Below, in pieces: positions 1 through 16,777 of a DNA stretch of 64,000 nt; positions within the stretch are counted from its first letter, which is position 1, and every line of letters starts with the position of its first letter. The position numbers and the translations under genes are program-made. Location of the stretch: NCBI GenBank assembly GCA_002269645.1, contig NIVC01000106.1, positions 186,001 through 250,000 on the forward strand, in the 5' to 3' direction. Under the pieces are notes generated by a model that saw only the letters and a program-made list of their open reading frames with translations, was not told the origin of the DNA and did no database searches. Source of the DNA: Macrostomum lignano (lineage: Eukaryota).

Positions 1-225
1 TGCTTCTCCAGCATTACCAATCGTTGAAGTAATCTGACTTGCTGATTAACACCTGTGTGTAAATTAGATGGGAATTCAGGATGATTTCATCAGATTGCTC
101 AAATTTGACAAAATAACGGAAGTCATGGAAATACTACATGTAGGAATCCCCTGAAAATTAGAAAATTACTAGCAATATGCACCCCCCCCCTTGGGAGACA
201 ACAAAGGAACCTACCTACCCACATA

Positions 226-1052
226 CACTCAGCAACATTTAAAACGCAACACTCTAACTAGAAGAAAAATCAACTCACTCAGAAGAGTCAAAGCGCATAG
301 TCTATGGTTCAAATCGAGCTTCAGAAACGCGTGTAGCTTCCTCTCGCAAGTAACAGGGCGATGACTATGGACTGTTTTCAGATAGAGTGATCCAGCTGAG
401 AGAATGGTTCAACAGATGACAGACTTCGCGTCTGGCGTGAGCCACGGCAAGAGCTTCTGCAGCAGCACGTGCAAAGCTGCGATGGGCAGGGACCCTCCGT
501 ACACGTGTGGGCAGGGATTTCAATGCGAGGCAGGACCCAGCTGGTTTTCTTAGACGCAAACGTGAACGGCGATGAGTACGCTCGTTTGCTGCAGACGCAT
601 CTGCTCCCTTTTGTTAACAACCACTTTGGTGGCGTCGCAAACTGCATACTGCAGGACGATAATGCACCGGCGCACCGGGCAGCAGCTGTCAGCGAACTCA
701 AGGACCAGCTGCACCTGCGTACTCTTCGGTGGCCTTCAAGATCCCCTGATATGAACCCAATTGAACATGTCTGGGACTTTATCAAGCGGAGTGTTCAACG
801 GCAGAATCCGCCGCAGACTGCAGTCGCTGAACTGCGAAACGCTGTTGCTAACGCGTGGCAGGAAATTCCCCAGGACTTTTTTCGACGCCTTGTTCTGGGA
901 ATGCCACGTCGAGTCAACGCCCTGTTACTTGCGAGAGGAGGCTACACGCGTTTCTGAAGCTCGATTTGAACCATAGACTATGCGCTTTGACTCTTCTGAG
1001 TGAGTTGATTTTTCTTCTAGTTAGAGTGTTGCGTTTTAAATGTTGCTGAGTG
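226..1052 (+). mobile_element. Internally deleted Tc1-family (DD34E) DNA transposon
   Basis: 135-bp TIRs (226-360 and 918-1052, one mismatch seen) beginning CACTCAGC, flanked by TA at 224-225 and 1053-1054, with a transposase catalytic domain inside. Confidence 0.93.
370..957 (+). pseudogene. Tc1 transposase fragment: catalytic domain only, no N-terminal DNA-binding domain
   Basis: A frameshifted LFSD near 370-381, then DDRLRVWREP...SVHVWAGIS...LQDDNAPAHRA...WPSRSPDMNPIEHVWD; 34 residues between the second D and the E. Confidence 0.9.
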
Positions 1053-1344
1053 TATATACATACAGACAACTCATTTTTAGTATATGGACTAGCAATCTGC
1101 GCCCCTCCTTGGGAGACAACAAAGGAACCTACCTACCCACATACATACGCTCGTACATTCAGGCAACTTATTTTTAGTATATGGACTAGCAATCTGCGCC
1201 CCCCCTGGGAGACAACAAAGGAACCTACCTACCCACATACATCATACCGACAACTCACAGACAACGATTATTAAATTTTTTGAATAATCAACTACCTGTA
1301 CGTTTTCATCTTGTACAGACGTCACTATTGTTTATCTCTTAAAG

Positions 1345-1631
1345 CACGGGTCGGCAAACTTTTTTACCTTAAGGGCCAGATAAAGAATCCAGATCATTGC
1401 TGCGGGCCAGATGAGAAAGGAAGAATAGAGGAGGGAGTTAAGAGGCGAGATGAGAGAAGAGATGAGATAGAAGATAATAGAAATACATGTAAGAGAGCAG
1501 AGGAGAGTAGAAACGGGAGAGGACAGATGAGAAGACAAAAACCTTGAGCGGGCTGGATTGCTATTGTGAAGTTTCAAAAGACCCGAGGACCGGATAGAGA
1601 GGCTTTGCGGGCCGTAGTTTGCCGACCCATG
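1345..1631. mobile_element. hAT-like non-autonomous MITE
   Basis: TIRs CACGGGTCGGCAAACT / AGTTTGCCGACCCATG; degenerate 8-bp TSD TCTTAAAG / TCTTAGAA; subterminal GCGGGCC motifs. Confidence 0.8.
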
Positions 1632-1751
1632 TCTTAGAAAAAGTATGGTAAACGCAAAAAGCATGCAACCTTAAAGCCAGTTATCTATAATAGCCTTATA
1701 AAAGTCCTGTGGACACCGGGTCCTTTGAAATATATTGAAATTTGAAATATA

Positions 1752-3509
1752 CCTCTTAGTGCATTCAAAAAGTTCTTAGACACCCCTCATATCTCTGCAT
1801 CTGTGTCGACCGATTTTGATGAGAATTTATACAAACATGGGTCTATATTTTGATGAATTCAGTGCTAGAGTTTCAGCTTGGTCGTATAGACAGAACGAAA
1901 GCAATCGATCATTTACTGACGAACCTACGAAATTAGCAATACGATTTTAAGCACATAACAAAACGTACAAGCAAAAGGGCAAACGGTTCAAGTTGGCAAG
2001 TTCCTAAACTTCAAAAATCAGATCACCAATCATGAAAATCTTCGAAGTAATCACCGTTCCGTTGAATGCACTTGTCATACCGCATCGGCAGCTCTTCGAT
2101 CCATCCTAACCACGTGTCCTAGGAGTCGCTCTGATGAGCCCCTCAAAAGCCGTTTGCAGCTCGGGGAAGCTAGCGAACCTCTTGCCTCTCAACTGCGCCT
2201 TGACGTGTCCAAAAAGGCCATAGTCAGATGGTGCCAAATCAGGCGAGTAGGGCGGATGCTGCCACTGCTGGAATCTGAGGCTGTCGATGTGAGAGCGAGT
2301 GAGGGCTGCCGAGTGCGGCCGGGCATTGTCGCAGTGCAGCAGGACGCCCTTGCGCACGATCCGACGCCGTTGCAGTAGCTCCTGTCTCAGCCTCGTGAGC
2401 TCGTCACAAAACCGCTCGCTGTTCTGTGTCTGGCCCTGGCCGTACCACGTGAACATGAGGGGCCCGCTCGCATCCCAAAAAACACTTAACATGATCTTCT
2501 TGGGATAGGTGCCTGCGCTTTCGACGTCACCGCCGCCGCCGCCCCTCGGAAGCCAGGCCCTCGACTCCCGCCGGGAGAGTGGGTCGTACAGGGCAAACAT
2601 GGACTCATCTTGAGTTACAAATCTGCTTTTGAACTCGTCTCTCAGAGCTGAAATTGCCGCCCTTTGTTGCAAGCAGACTTCGTATCGGCGATTTTTCTGC
2701 TCGGCAGTTAGCAGTCTTGGCACCCATCGAGAGACCAGCTTTGACAGACCAAGATGCTCGTGCAGAATTTGGAAGACCGAGCCACACGAAATCTCGGCGA
2801 CATTGGCCAACTCGTCAATAGTGATGTGGCCGTTTTCACTTACCAGCTCTTCGATCAGGATGGCACTGCTGTCGTTGACTGCAGTAGCTGGTCGGCCTGA
2901 GCGTGGCTTGTCCTGCACGCTCGTTTCGCCGTCCTTTCTCTTCCGGACCCAGTTCGCGACGGTTGCTCGACAGCAGGCATCATCTCCAAAACGGCTGACT
3001 AATCTCTGGTGGATAGTGTTCACGGACATGCCTTCGTCCGCAAAAGCAAAAACGATCAGGCGCTGCGAAACTTTATCGCCATATGCACTAGCCATTCTTA
3101 AACCATCCGAGGTTGGTTCTGCATCTCAGCATTTCAACCTGACGTTCATTCTGCACACTGCTTTGTTCTATCTTTTTTTGTCTATGGCTAAACCCTCGCA
3201 GCTTGAAAGTAATGATTAATCAATACTCAGCGAAAGCTTTTATTCCTCTAAAAACAAGCTGCGATTTCACAACCCCCCCCCCAGTTTAGAGTGAGGTCCA
3301 GATCCGATGCTGTTTAAAAATCGTATTGCTAATTTCGTAGGTTCGTCAGTAAATGATCGATTGCTTTCGTTCTGTCTATACGACCAAGCTGAAACTCTAG
3401 CACTGAATTAATCAAATATAGACCCATGTTTGTATAAATTCTCATCAAAATCGGTCAAACAGATGCAGAGATATGAGGGGTGTCTAAGAACTTTTTGAAT
3501 GCATTAAGG
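1752..3509 (-). mobile_element. Mariner (DD34D) transposon with about 195-200-bp TIRs
   Basis: 1752-~1950 is the near-perfect reverse complement of ~3314-3509; TA on both sides (1750-1751, 3510-3511); transposase inside. Confidence 0.95.
2023..3095 (-). pseudogene. Mariner transposase with one frameshift near 2115-2120
   Basis: HTH region (DKPRSGRP), WVPRLLT, VTQDES, HCDNARPH, HPPYSPDLAPSDY (D34D). The canonical C-terminus (WIEELPMRYDKCIQRNGDYFE, stop 2023-2025) lies in the adjacent frame. Confidence 0.93.
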
Positions 3510-3514
3510 TATCT

Positions 3515-3675
3515 AGGGGTGTTCGGGGTTCGGTGTTAGGTCGGGGTCGGGATTAGGGGTCGGGGTTCGGGGTCCCGATGAATGTTCGGGATGGGGTTTG
3601 GGGTTCCCGATAAATGTTCGGGATCGGGGTTCGGGACGGGATTTTGGACCGGGATTTCGGGGTTTTCGGGGTTTC
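3515..3675 (+). repeat. Degenerate GGGGTTC/GGGTTAG-like G-rich repeat
   Basis: Imperfect GGGGTTC(G) iterations directly after the mariner right end. Confidence 0.6.
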
Positions 3676-4869
3676 GCAAATTTTTGTGAATTCCCATAGA
3701 ACTACGAAAAAATCCTTATGAATTAGAATTAGCTTTTTTTTCGTTTTTAACGTGATCGCTTAAGGCTTATGACGCTTAAATTCAAAGCTTTATTTAATGC
3801 TTTTCTGTGGTCGTAAGTTTCGTTAATAACATTTACACTTGCCGTGCCGTCCATAAACTGCGATGATTATCAAGTCAAAAAGAGTTTTCAAGCTTATTTA
3901 AACTCGTTAACTATTACTGTTGGCTAGCTTAAAAATATTTTTTTTAACTTATGGTATAGTATTAGTACTATTACAAATATTATTTTTCTGTAATTAAGTT
4001 TATATGTTTTTAAGGTATTGTTTCTTAGAAAAAGATTTAGAATCTTAAGAATTTTAAGAATCATAGAAATGTTTGAATTTATAGACCTGTACCTCCGGTT
4101 CTTCAAAATGAAAATTTTGGAGCCAAGCTCCCAATTTAGCACACCATATTTTATTATTTTTCCCAAAAGCGCAAAAATTTCACCAAAATACAATTATACC
4201 ATAATAAAAAAGAGATGATAGATCCTGTGGTTTTTACTTTTAAAGTTAAGCACGTTTTCATTTTTTAAATTAGAGAGGATCAGTAACGGATGTTATATAT
4301 ACTTCTTTTTAAAGTACCGGTACATACCAGGTAACAAGTGCCAGGAAATTTGTGGGTTGACAATTTGTTTTAGCTACTGAGACAAGAACAGGAAACGTTG
4401 ATTAGAAATTTTTGCAGGCTGATTTTTAAGTGAGAAAAATGTACTACTCTCTGATAAAGCGTTTCAAAAATTTCTATTTTTCGGCAGAAAGGTACGAGTA
4501 TAGCAAGCTCACTGGTTAACGCATCTTTCTAGCGCCGAAGTACCCCGGATCAAATTCTGATTCACAGGCTCACACATTTGAGAAATTTAGAAAGTTTGTA
4601 TATTTGAATCAAAGTTCATTTTTGGAAGAAAGCTTTCTTTTTTATTTGTCGGCAGAGGGGCTGTGTGTGCACCCTGGCGCACTTTAAGCGACATTGTCAC
4701 AACCGGCGAGAAGCATTACTGCCCATTCCGCCTACTCCCTTGAGCAGGCACACAAGCGAGCGGATACGTACGCAGTCATACGCTAGGGCACACACTCACA
4801 CAGGAGTGTACAGCGGCCCTAACTTTATTTATCGTTAGGCATGTACACTTTAGTGTGCCTTGGAGGTTG

Positions 4870-5057
4870 CAGTGGCGGATCTAGAATTTTATTTGGGGGG
4901 GGAGTTTGGGTCGCCAACATGAGTATGAGGGGCGCCAATTTTTAAGCAGGGGCGCAAAAATGCGTGTAGGGGGCGAAAAATCAAGTTTACAGGGCTCAAA
5001 CTAAGGTTTTTTTGGGGGGCGGCCGCCCCCCGCTCCCATCCCCTAAATCCGCCCCTG
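4870..5057. mobile_element. Small MITE, probably hAT-like
   Basis: TIRs CAGTGGCGGATCTA / TAAATCCGCCCCTG (12/14); internal GGGGCGC(C/A)AA repeats; TSD not clean. Confidence 0.65.
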
Positions 5058-5150
5058 GAGATTGGCCCTCAAGGCCGTTAATTGCACGAGCAGAGCCAAG
5101 CCGAGATTCCAATTTAGCCCCAAATTAATGTGACTGCGCATGCACCATTT

Positions 5151-6039
5151 GGAGTCACATTACAAGCTCGAAAAGTTACACCGTCAAAAACTGGTTTAGC
5201 AACCACCATCACAAGCTCGAAAAGTCACATTGTCGAAAACTGATTTAGCAACCACCATCACAAGCTCGAAAAGTTACATTGTCGAAAACTGATTTAGCAA
5301 CCACCATCACAAGCTCGAAAAGTCACATTGTCGAAAACTGATTTAGCAACCACCATCACAAGCTCGAAAAGTCACATCGTCGAAAACTGATTTAGCAACC
5401 ACCATCACAAGCTCGAAAAGTCACATCGTCGAAAACTGATTTAGCAACCACCATCACAAGCTCGAAAAGTCACATTGTCGAAAACTGATTTAGCAACCAC
5501 CACCACAAGCTCGAAAAGTCACATTGTCGAAAACTGATTTAGCAACCACCATCACAAGCTCGAAAAGTCACATTGTCGAAAACTGATTTAGCAACCACCA
5601 TCACAAGCTCGAAAAGTCACATTGTCGAAAACTGATTTAGCAACCACCATCACAAGCTCGAAAAGTCACATCGTCGAAAACTGATTTAGCAACCACCATC
5701 ACAAGCTCGAAAAGTCACATCGTCGAAAACTGATTTAGCAACCACCATCACAAGCTCGAAAAGTCACATCGTCGAAAACTGATTTAGCAACCACCATCAC
5801 AAGCTCGAAAAGTCACACCGTCGAAAACTGATTTAGCAACCACCATCACAAGCTCGAAAAGTCACATCGTCGAAAACTGATTTAGCAACCACCACAAGCT
5901 CGAAAAGGGTTAGGGTTGGAGCTTGTGCCTTAAGGTTTAGGGTTTAGGGTTAGGGTTAGAGTCGTGCCTTTTCGAGCTTGTGGTGGTGGTTGCTAACCTT
6001 TTCGACGATGTGACTTTTCGAGCTTGTGATGGCGACCCC
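5151..6039. mobile_element. Foldback/MITE-like element: 49-bp unit about 15 times, TTAGGG-like spacer, inverted copy of the unit
   Basis: Unit CACAAGCTCGAAAAGTCACATTGTCGAAAACTGATTTAGCAACCACCAT; spacer GGGTTAGGGTT...TTTAGGGTTTAGGGTTAGGGTTAG at about 5907-5950; about 1.5 inverted units at about 5960-6039. Confidence 0.75.
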
Positions 6040-6107
6040 ACTATTTGTGTCGAACGCAACGATTATACAATAATTAAATAAAAATATGAGTCCATTACAC
6101 TTCTTGA

Positions 6108-10826
<4,719 letters not shown>

Positions 10827-11234
10827 TGCTGATTTACTGGATGAAATTCTCCGCTCAAAAGTGAGCACCTGGCCTCCATTTACTCAAACCACCTGGACAA
10901 ACTTATGCACATCGACTAGCTTTTAGAGTTTTTATTCTACCAACCTCTGATTCGTTATCAGTTTGAGCGAATGCGCTTACTTGCATGCAGCGATAAAAGG
11001 TAAGCGCTCACGGTTGGTAATTGCACACCGCAATGGCAGTTGTACTCAGTCAGACAAGGCAGCAGAGTGTAGGAATAGAAAAACGTCACATGCTTTCTAG
11101 GGATGGTGAGCGAATGATACTTTACTTAGGAAATCATTTAAGCGATTAATTATACTGAGAAGTGAGAAGTGCATAGATAAAATTCCAATGACATAGATTT
11201 ATTTTAATAAAATTCACTGTACATGTAGATATGC

Positions 11235-11930
11235 TTGGGGTGAGATTAAATTGTGTAAGACTTGATTTGGTGAGATTCTATTAGGTGAGATTTGATTGGG
11301 GTGAGATTCTATTGGGTGAGATTTAATTAGGGTGAGATTCTGTTGCGTAAGATATGATTTGATGAGACTTGATTGGGATGAGATTTGATTGGGGTGAGAT
11401 TTGATTGGGTGAGATTTGATTAGGGTGAGATTCTATTGCGTAAGACATAATTTGATGAGACTTGATTGGGATGAGATTCTATTGTGTAAGACTTGATTTG
11501 GTGAGATTCTATTGGGTGAGTCTTGATTGGGGTGAGATTTAATTGGGTTGAGATTTGATTGGGGTAAGATTTGATTGGGGTGAGATTTGATTGGGGTGAG
11601 ATTTGATTGGGGTGAGATTCGCTTGGAGTGAGATTCAATTTGGGTGAGATTCGCTTTGGGTGAGACTCGCTTGGAGTGAGATTCAATTGGGGTGGGATTC
11701 AATTGGGGTGAGATTCGCTTTGGGTGGGATTCAATTGGGGTGAGATTCGCTTGGGGCGAGATTCGTTTGGGGTGAGATTCGTGTGGGGTGAGAATGAGAT
11801 TCGCTTGGGGTGGGATTCAATTGGGGTGAGTTTCGCTTGGGGTAAGATTTGCTTGGGAAGAGATTCGCTTGGGTGAGATTCGCTTGGGTAGAGATTCGCT
11901 AGAGGTAAGATTCGCTGGCGTGATCAGAAA
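11235..11930 (+). repeat. About 16-bp degenerate minisatellite
   Basis: GGGGTGAGATTTGATT grading into GGGGTGAGATTCGCTT along the array. Confidence 0.9.
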
Positions 11931-12429
11931 ATCTAAGCTGACCAAGTAGATATCGAGGTGGACCACCCAGTCCACCAGAGGCTCATCAAACACGGGTGAT
12001 TCGTCACAGCAGGTATAAAGCCAAAGTCAATAAATCTTCTGATAAAAGCCTAGCAAACAGGGACTGTCAGTTTGAGGTCAACAGGCCGTGCGATAAGCGC
12101 CTACAAGGATGCTTTAGAAATTTATTATTACTGTAACCGACTGATGAAACAGATTTATATTACCCAACAGATATCAGCAACCAAACAGTACAAGAATTAT
12201 TAATATTTTTATTTTCAGATTTGCACTGGGCGACGCAGAAAGTTTTGAAACCTTCCAATCTTCTTAATCTGTAACAATTAAAATGCTGCACGTATTCACT
12301 TCAGCTGTCCATTAGGAAAAGTACAAAGCAGCAGTAAAGGTAAAGTCTGTTTAAAGCGGCAGTCACGTAAGCGTCCTGCAAGAGATAAGCAAATCCAATT
12401 TAATAAGGAGAAACGTGACGAAAGTCGGG

Positions 12430-13003
12430 AGACAAGGAAAAAGGAAGACAGTGGGGTAGACAAGAGAGACAGTGAGGTAGACAAGTGAGACAGTAAGGGT
12501 AGACAAGGGGACAGTAAGGGTAGAAAAGGGAGACAGTAAGGGTAGAAAAGGGAGACAGTAAGGGTAGACAAGGGAGACAGTGGGTAGACAAGGGAGACAA
12601 TGGGGTAGATAAAAGAGATAGTGAGGTAGAGAAGGGATACAGTGGGGTAGACAAGGGAGACAGTGGGGTAGACAAGGGAGACAGTGGGGTAGCTAAGGGA
12701 GACAGTGGGGTAGCTAAGGGAGACAATGGGGTAGATAAAAGAGATAGTGAGGTAGAGAAGGGATACAGTGGGGTAGACAAGGGAGACAGCCGGTAGACAA
12801 GGTAGACAGTGGAGTAGACAAGGGATACAGTGGGGTAGACAAGGTAGACAGTGGGGTAGACAAGGGAGACAGTGGGGTAGACAAGGGAGACCGTGGGGTA
12901 GACAAGGGAGACAGTGGGGTAGACAAGGGAGACAGTGGGGTAGACAAGGGAGACAGCGGGGTAGACAAGGGAGACAGCGGGGCAGACAATGTAAACAGTG
13001 GGG
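12430..13003 (+). repeat. 21-bp minisatellite
   Basis: GACAAGGGAGACAGTGGGGTA; the same unit occurs inverted at 41955-42605. Confidence 0.95.
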
Positions 13004-13042
13004 TGCCATGGCTACATGGTATCAGCATCACCCAGCTAAAGG

Positions 13043-16000
13043 CTACGATTTCGCTGACATCAACTCCTGCATCTCTATCGCCTCGGACCCCAATCGATCT
13101 CCCAATCTACCACGGCCGATCCTCAACAGTCTGAACCGGTTGGCCTCTACCTCGGTCAATCTGACTATCCAGGCTTCGACTTCTTCGCCTAGCAACAGGA
13201 AAAAGACTTTATTGTTAGCGTTAGCAACCAGCCGAGTCGCTAATGAGCTGGTTGGTCGCCTTCGAAAAATGATATTGGCTCTTGGATAATTTTGTTGTAG
13301 CTGACGGCGCAGTCCTGGCAGGTGGTAGAGAAGACTCAGTGAAGCGCATCGCCCCGGAGGCAGCAGAACAAGGATTCGATCGTCTGAGTCGTCTGAGTTT
13401 GTTGAGCAGCCTTGAATTGATGATTTGGTATGCCTTTTTGTAATTTTGATATTTTCCGTTGTTTCACTAAGATTATAATATACACGAACTTGTTCGCCTA
13501 CTAATAGTAGAAGAAAGTCTTCAAAATGATGAAAAGATTTCTCAGATAAAGAAGCACCAAGAAGGGTGGGATGTAGGAAGCTAGAGAGAGAGAGAGAGAG
13601 AGATGTAGGGAGCCATAGAGAGACTTAAGGAGATTGGAGAGATGTAGGGAGTTAGGAGAGATGATAGGAAGGTATAGAGAGACGAAGGAAGTTAGGGAGA
13701 GATGTAGGGAGGTATAGAGCGATGCAGATATTCACCTAACAAAGTAGCCAGAGCCAGCAAGGTCACAGACAAGACTGACGCCATTGCAGCGCAAGAAACT
13801 ACTACTATAACTAGTATGGGGGTAGCAGCAGTAGTAGAGCCAATTGTAGCCATTCTGTCGCAGTCGCATTCGTCCAGTTTTTCAGCGCTTTGGTCAACAG
13901 TAGTTCCCTGATTGATTAAATAATGTTGCTTGGCTTTCATGCATTGCTCTTTCAGACCTGAAAGTTGTTTAAAAATGCAATTAGGTCGCTCTTCACTAGC
14001 TCAAATTAAACCAGACTGGCGCACATTCAACATGGGCGTCTTCCCGACACCCAAATTGACGTCTTCCCGACATCCGAATTGACGTCTTCCCGACACCCAA
14101 ATTGACGTCTTCCCGACATCCAAATTGACGTCTTTCCGACATCCGAATTGACGTCTTCCCGACACCCAAATTGACGTCTTCCCGACATCCGAATTGACGT
14201 CTTTCCGACATCCGAATTGACGTCTTCCCGAAATTCAAATAATCCAAATTGCCGTCTTCTTTGACACCCAAATTGACGTATTCCCGTCACCAAAATTGAC
14301 GTCTTCCCGACACTCAAACTGACGTCTTCCCGACACCAAAATTGACGTCTTTCCGACACTCAAACTGACGTCTTCCCGACACCAATATTGACGTCTTTCC
14401 GACACCAAAATTGACGTCTTCCCGACACTCAAACTGACGTCTTCCCGACACCAAAATTGACGTCTTTCCGACACCAAAATTGACGTCTTCCCGACACTCA
14501 AACTGACGTCTTCCCGACACCAAAATTGACGTCTTCCCGACACTCAAACTGACGTCTTCCCGACACTAAAATTGACGTCTTCCCGACACTCAAATTGACG
14601 TCTTCCCGACACCAAAATTGACGTCTTCCCGACACTCAAACTGACGTCTTCCCGACACCAAAATTGACGTCTTCCCGACACTCAAATTGACGTCTTCCCG
14701 ACACTCAAATTGACGTCTTCCCGACACCAAAATTGACATGCTCCTGTCACAAAGATTCGTGCAAAATCCCACCTGCTAGATGTAGAACTCGGGGGTCTGC
14801 CTGAAGCACATGTATGCTTATCTGCAAGCGATTACAAATTCGTTTTAAGAAAACTGTTCTTAGGAAGCTTAAATATCAGGATTAGCTCATTTTACCTTGG
14901 GATAGTTGTCTTCGTTAGTCACGAGCTCTTGAAACATCTCGTGCCACTCGTCCGGTGTGAGAATGCTCAGCATGTCCAGCTTGCACCAGACTGCCTCGCA
15001 GCTAGCCTGCGAATATTGGGCGTTGTGCTGCTGAGCGCTGAGCACATGCAAGCGCGCCAATACTGTACGCAGACACGCACTCATAGGGGTCGCGGCTCGA
15101 GAGTCAGACGCGTCTGCCACTTACCGCTTACCCACAGTGTCAGAAACTGGCAGACAGATGAGACAATGACAGATTCGATGACAGACAGTATGACAGACAC
15201 TATGACAGACAATATGACAGACAATATGACAGACACACGACAGAAAATACAACAGACACTATGACAGACACTATGACAGACAATATAACAGACACTATGA
15301 CAGACACTATGACAGACACTATGACAGACACTATGACAGACACTATGACAGACACTATGACATACACTATGACAGACACTAGGACAGACAATATGACAGA
15401 CACTAGGACAGACAATATGACGGACACTATGACAGACACTATGACTGACACTACGACAGACGCAATGACGGATTCGATGACAGAAAATATGACAGACACT
15501 ATGACAGCTTACTTGTTGCTTCTTGGCAACATATTTTCTGAAAAAGGCCCTGACTTTGCCACCCGGTTCCGCAGGCGCGGTGGCCAGGCACACCAGCCTG
15601 TCCACCAGTCTGTCACTGAGCTGTCGGGTGTCCTCAGCAGTTGCTGGGCCAATGTCCACCGGGCCCTCCAGAATGTAGCCGTAGATTGTCGGGCTCATCG
15701 GTTTGCGAGTTCTGAACTCGCCTAAAAGTGCAATTCGGTTTATCATGCTCTTATTTTATCATCACTGCACGCTTGAGATCTAGAGTGAATTAAATTGAAA
15801 CCTTACTTGGAAGGTAAAGTCCATAATAAACCACCTCGGTTTCATTTGTTAGAACAATTTTCACGTTGAACGGTTTGTATGGATCAATAGGTATGCTGAT
15901 ATTGATGAGCAGAGTCGATGATGAGCAGGCTAAGCAGCGCGTGTGCTCAAGCGGCTTGTTGTTGGCGTCATCGGTGACGCTGAGATTGAAACTGCTTGTG

Positions 16001-16777
16001 TTAGCACTTGCTTCTATCCAGGGCAGGCGAATACTGATAAGCATTGCCACAGCGTTCTTCTCCTTGTAGCAGACGCTGTAAAGTAGTTCCTCTTCGATCT
16101 TAAAATTGATTAGAACTTCCAATATTGTTTGGACAGTTTCCTGCAACAAATTTGAAGCTACAGACATGGAAGGATTAAGATACCACTGATATAATTATTT
16201 GACTTATAGCTGGTGTATAGAAATTTATCGAAATCAAGAGTCTCATAGAATTTTGATCTGACATGTGTCAAGACATTGTCTGCGACATCTCAGTTAACAC
16301 AGCAGTGCATACAGCATCAGGCCATTGTCTGCGACATCTCAGCATCTCAGTTAACACAGCAGTGCACGCAGCATCAGGACATGTTTGTGACATCTCAGTT
16401 AACACAGCAGTGCATGCAGCATCAGGCCATTGTCTGCGACATCTCAGTTAACACAGCAGTGCATACAGCATCAGGACATTGTCTGCGACATCTCAGTTAA
16501 CACAGCAGTGCATACAGCATCAGGCCATTGTCTGCGACATCTCAGTTAACACAGCAGTGCATACAGCATCAGGACATTGTCTGTGATTGCAGTTGTCTCA
16601 AACCAGACTCACCGCATGTTTCGGGCCAAGGCAGACAATTTCGCCTGGCTGTCCAAAACTTTTGCCGCCATCAACAGAAGACAACTCGCCAAGAGTCGGA
16701 GCTGATTCTATTAGTTTTGTGACGGCTAAACCAACGATAAAGACACTCGAGAGAAGAAATGATTGGAGAAAATGCAT
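13043..16777 (-). CDS. Receptor A: 556-aa type I transmembrane protein, paralog of receptor B
   Basis: Eight GT-AG exons, all phases compatible: 16777-16613, 16185-15807, 15721-15513, 15146-15125, 15062-14896, 14821-14773, 13957-13736, 13500-13043 (1671 nt). Signal peptide [50 protein letters not shown], cytoplasmic [11 protein letters not shown]...[10 protein letters not shown]. Confidence 0.8.
14030..14740 (+). repeat. 23-bp minisatellite in intron 6 of receptor A
   Basis: GACAC(C/T)(C/A)AAA(T/C)TGACGTCTTCCC, about 30 copies, with alternating variants. Confidence 0.95.
15155..15508 (+). repeat. 12-bp minisatellite filling intron 3 of receptor A
   Basis: ATGACAGACACT; runs from just after the donor to just before the acceptor. 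Confidence 0.95.
16262..16585 (+). repeat. 49-bp minisatellite in intron 1 of receptor A
   Basis: ACATCTCAGTTAACACAGCAGTGCATACAGCATCAGGACATTGTCTGCG, about 6.5 copies. Confidence 0.95.

Larger units (their letters stand above)
168..1265 (+). repeat. About 100-bp tandem repeat, 3 copies; the first is interrupted by the Tc1 element
   Basis: CTAGCAAT..GC.CCCCCC.TGGGAGACAACAAAGGAACCTACCTACCCACATA recurs at about 168, 1088 and 1187. Confidence 0.85.

Noticed and set aside
4804-4848. Imperfect stem-loop (GTGTACA..CCTAAC / GTTAGG..TGTACAC)
   Set aside because: Short and isolated; not enough to call an ncRNA or miRNA precursor.
5907-5950. True telomere or chromosome fusion site
   Set aside because: Only a few imperfect TTAGGG units, embedded in a foldback element, with no head-to-head CCCTAA arm.
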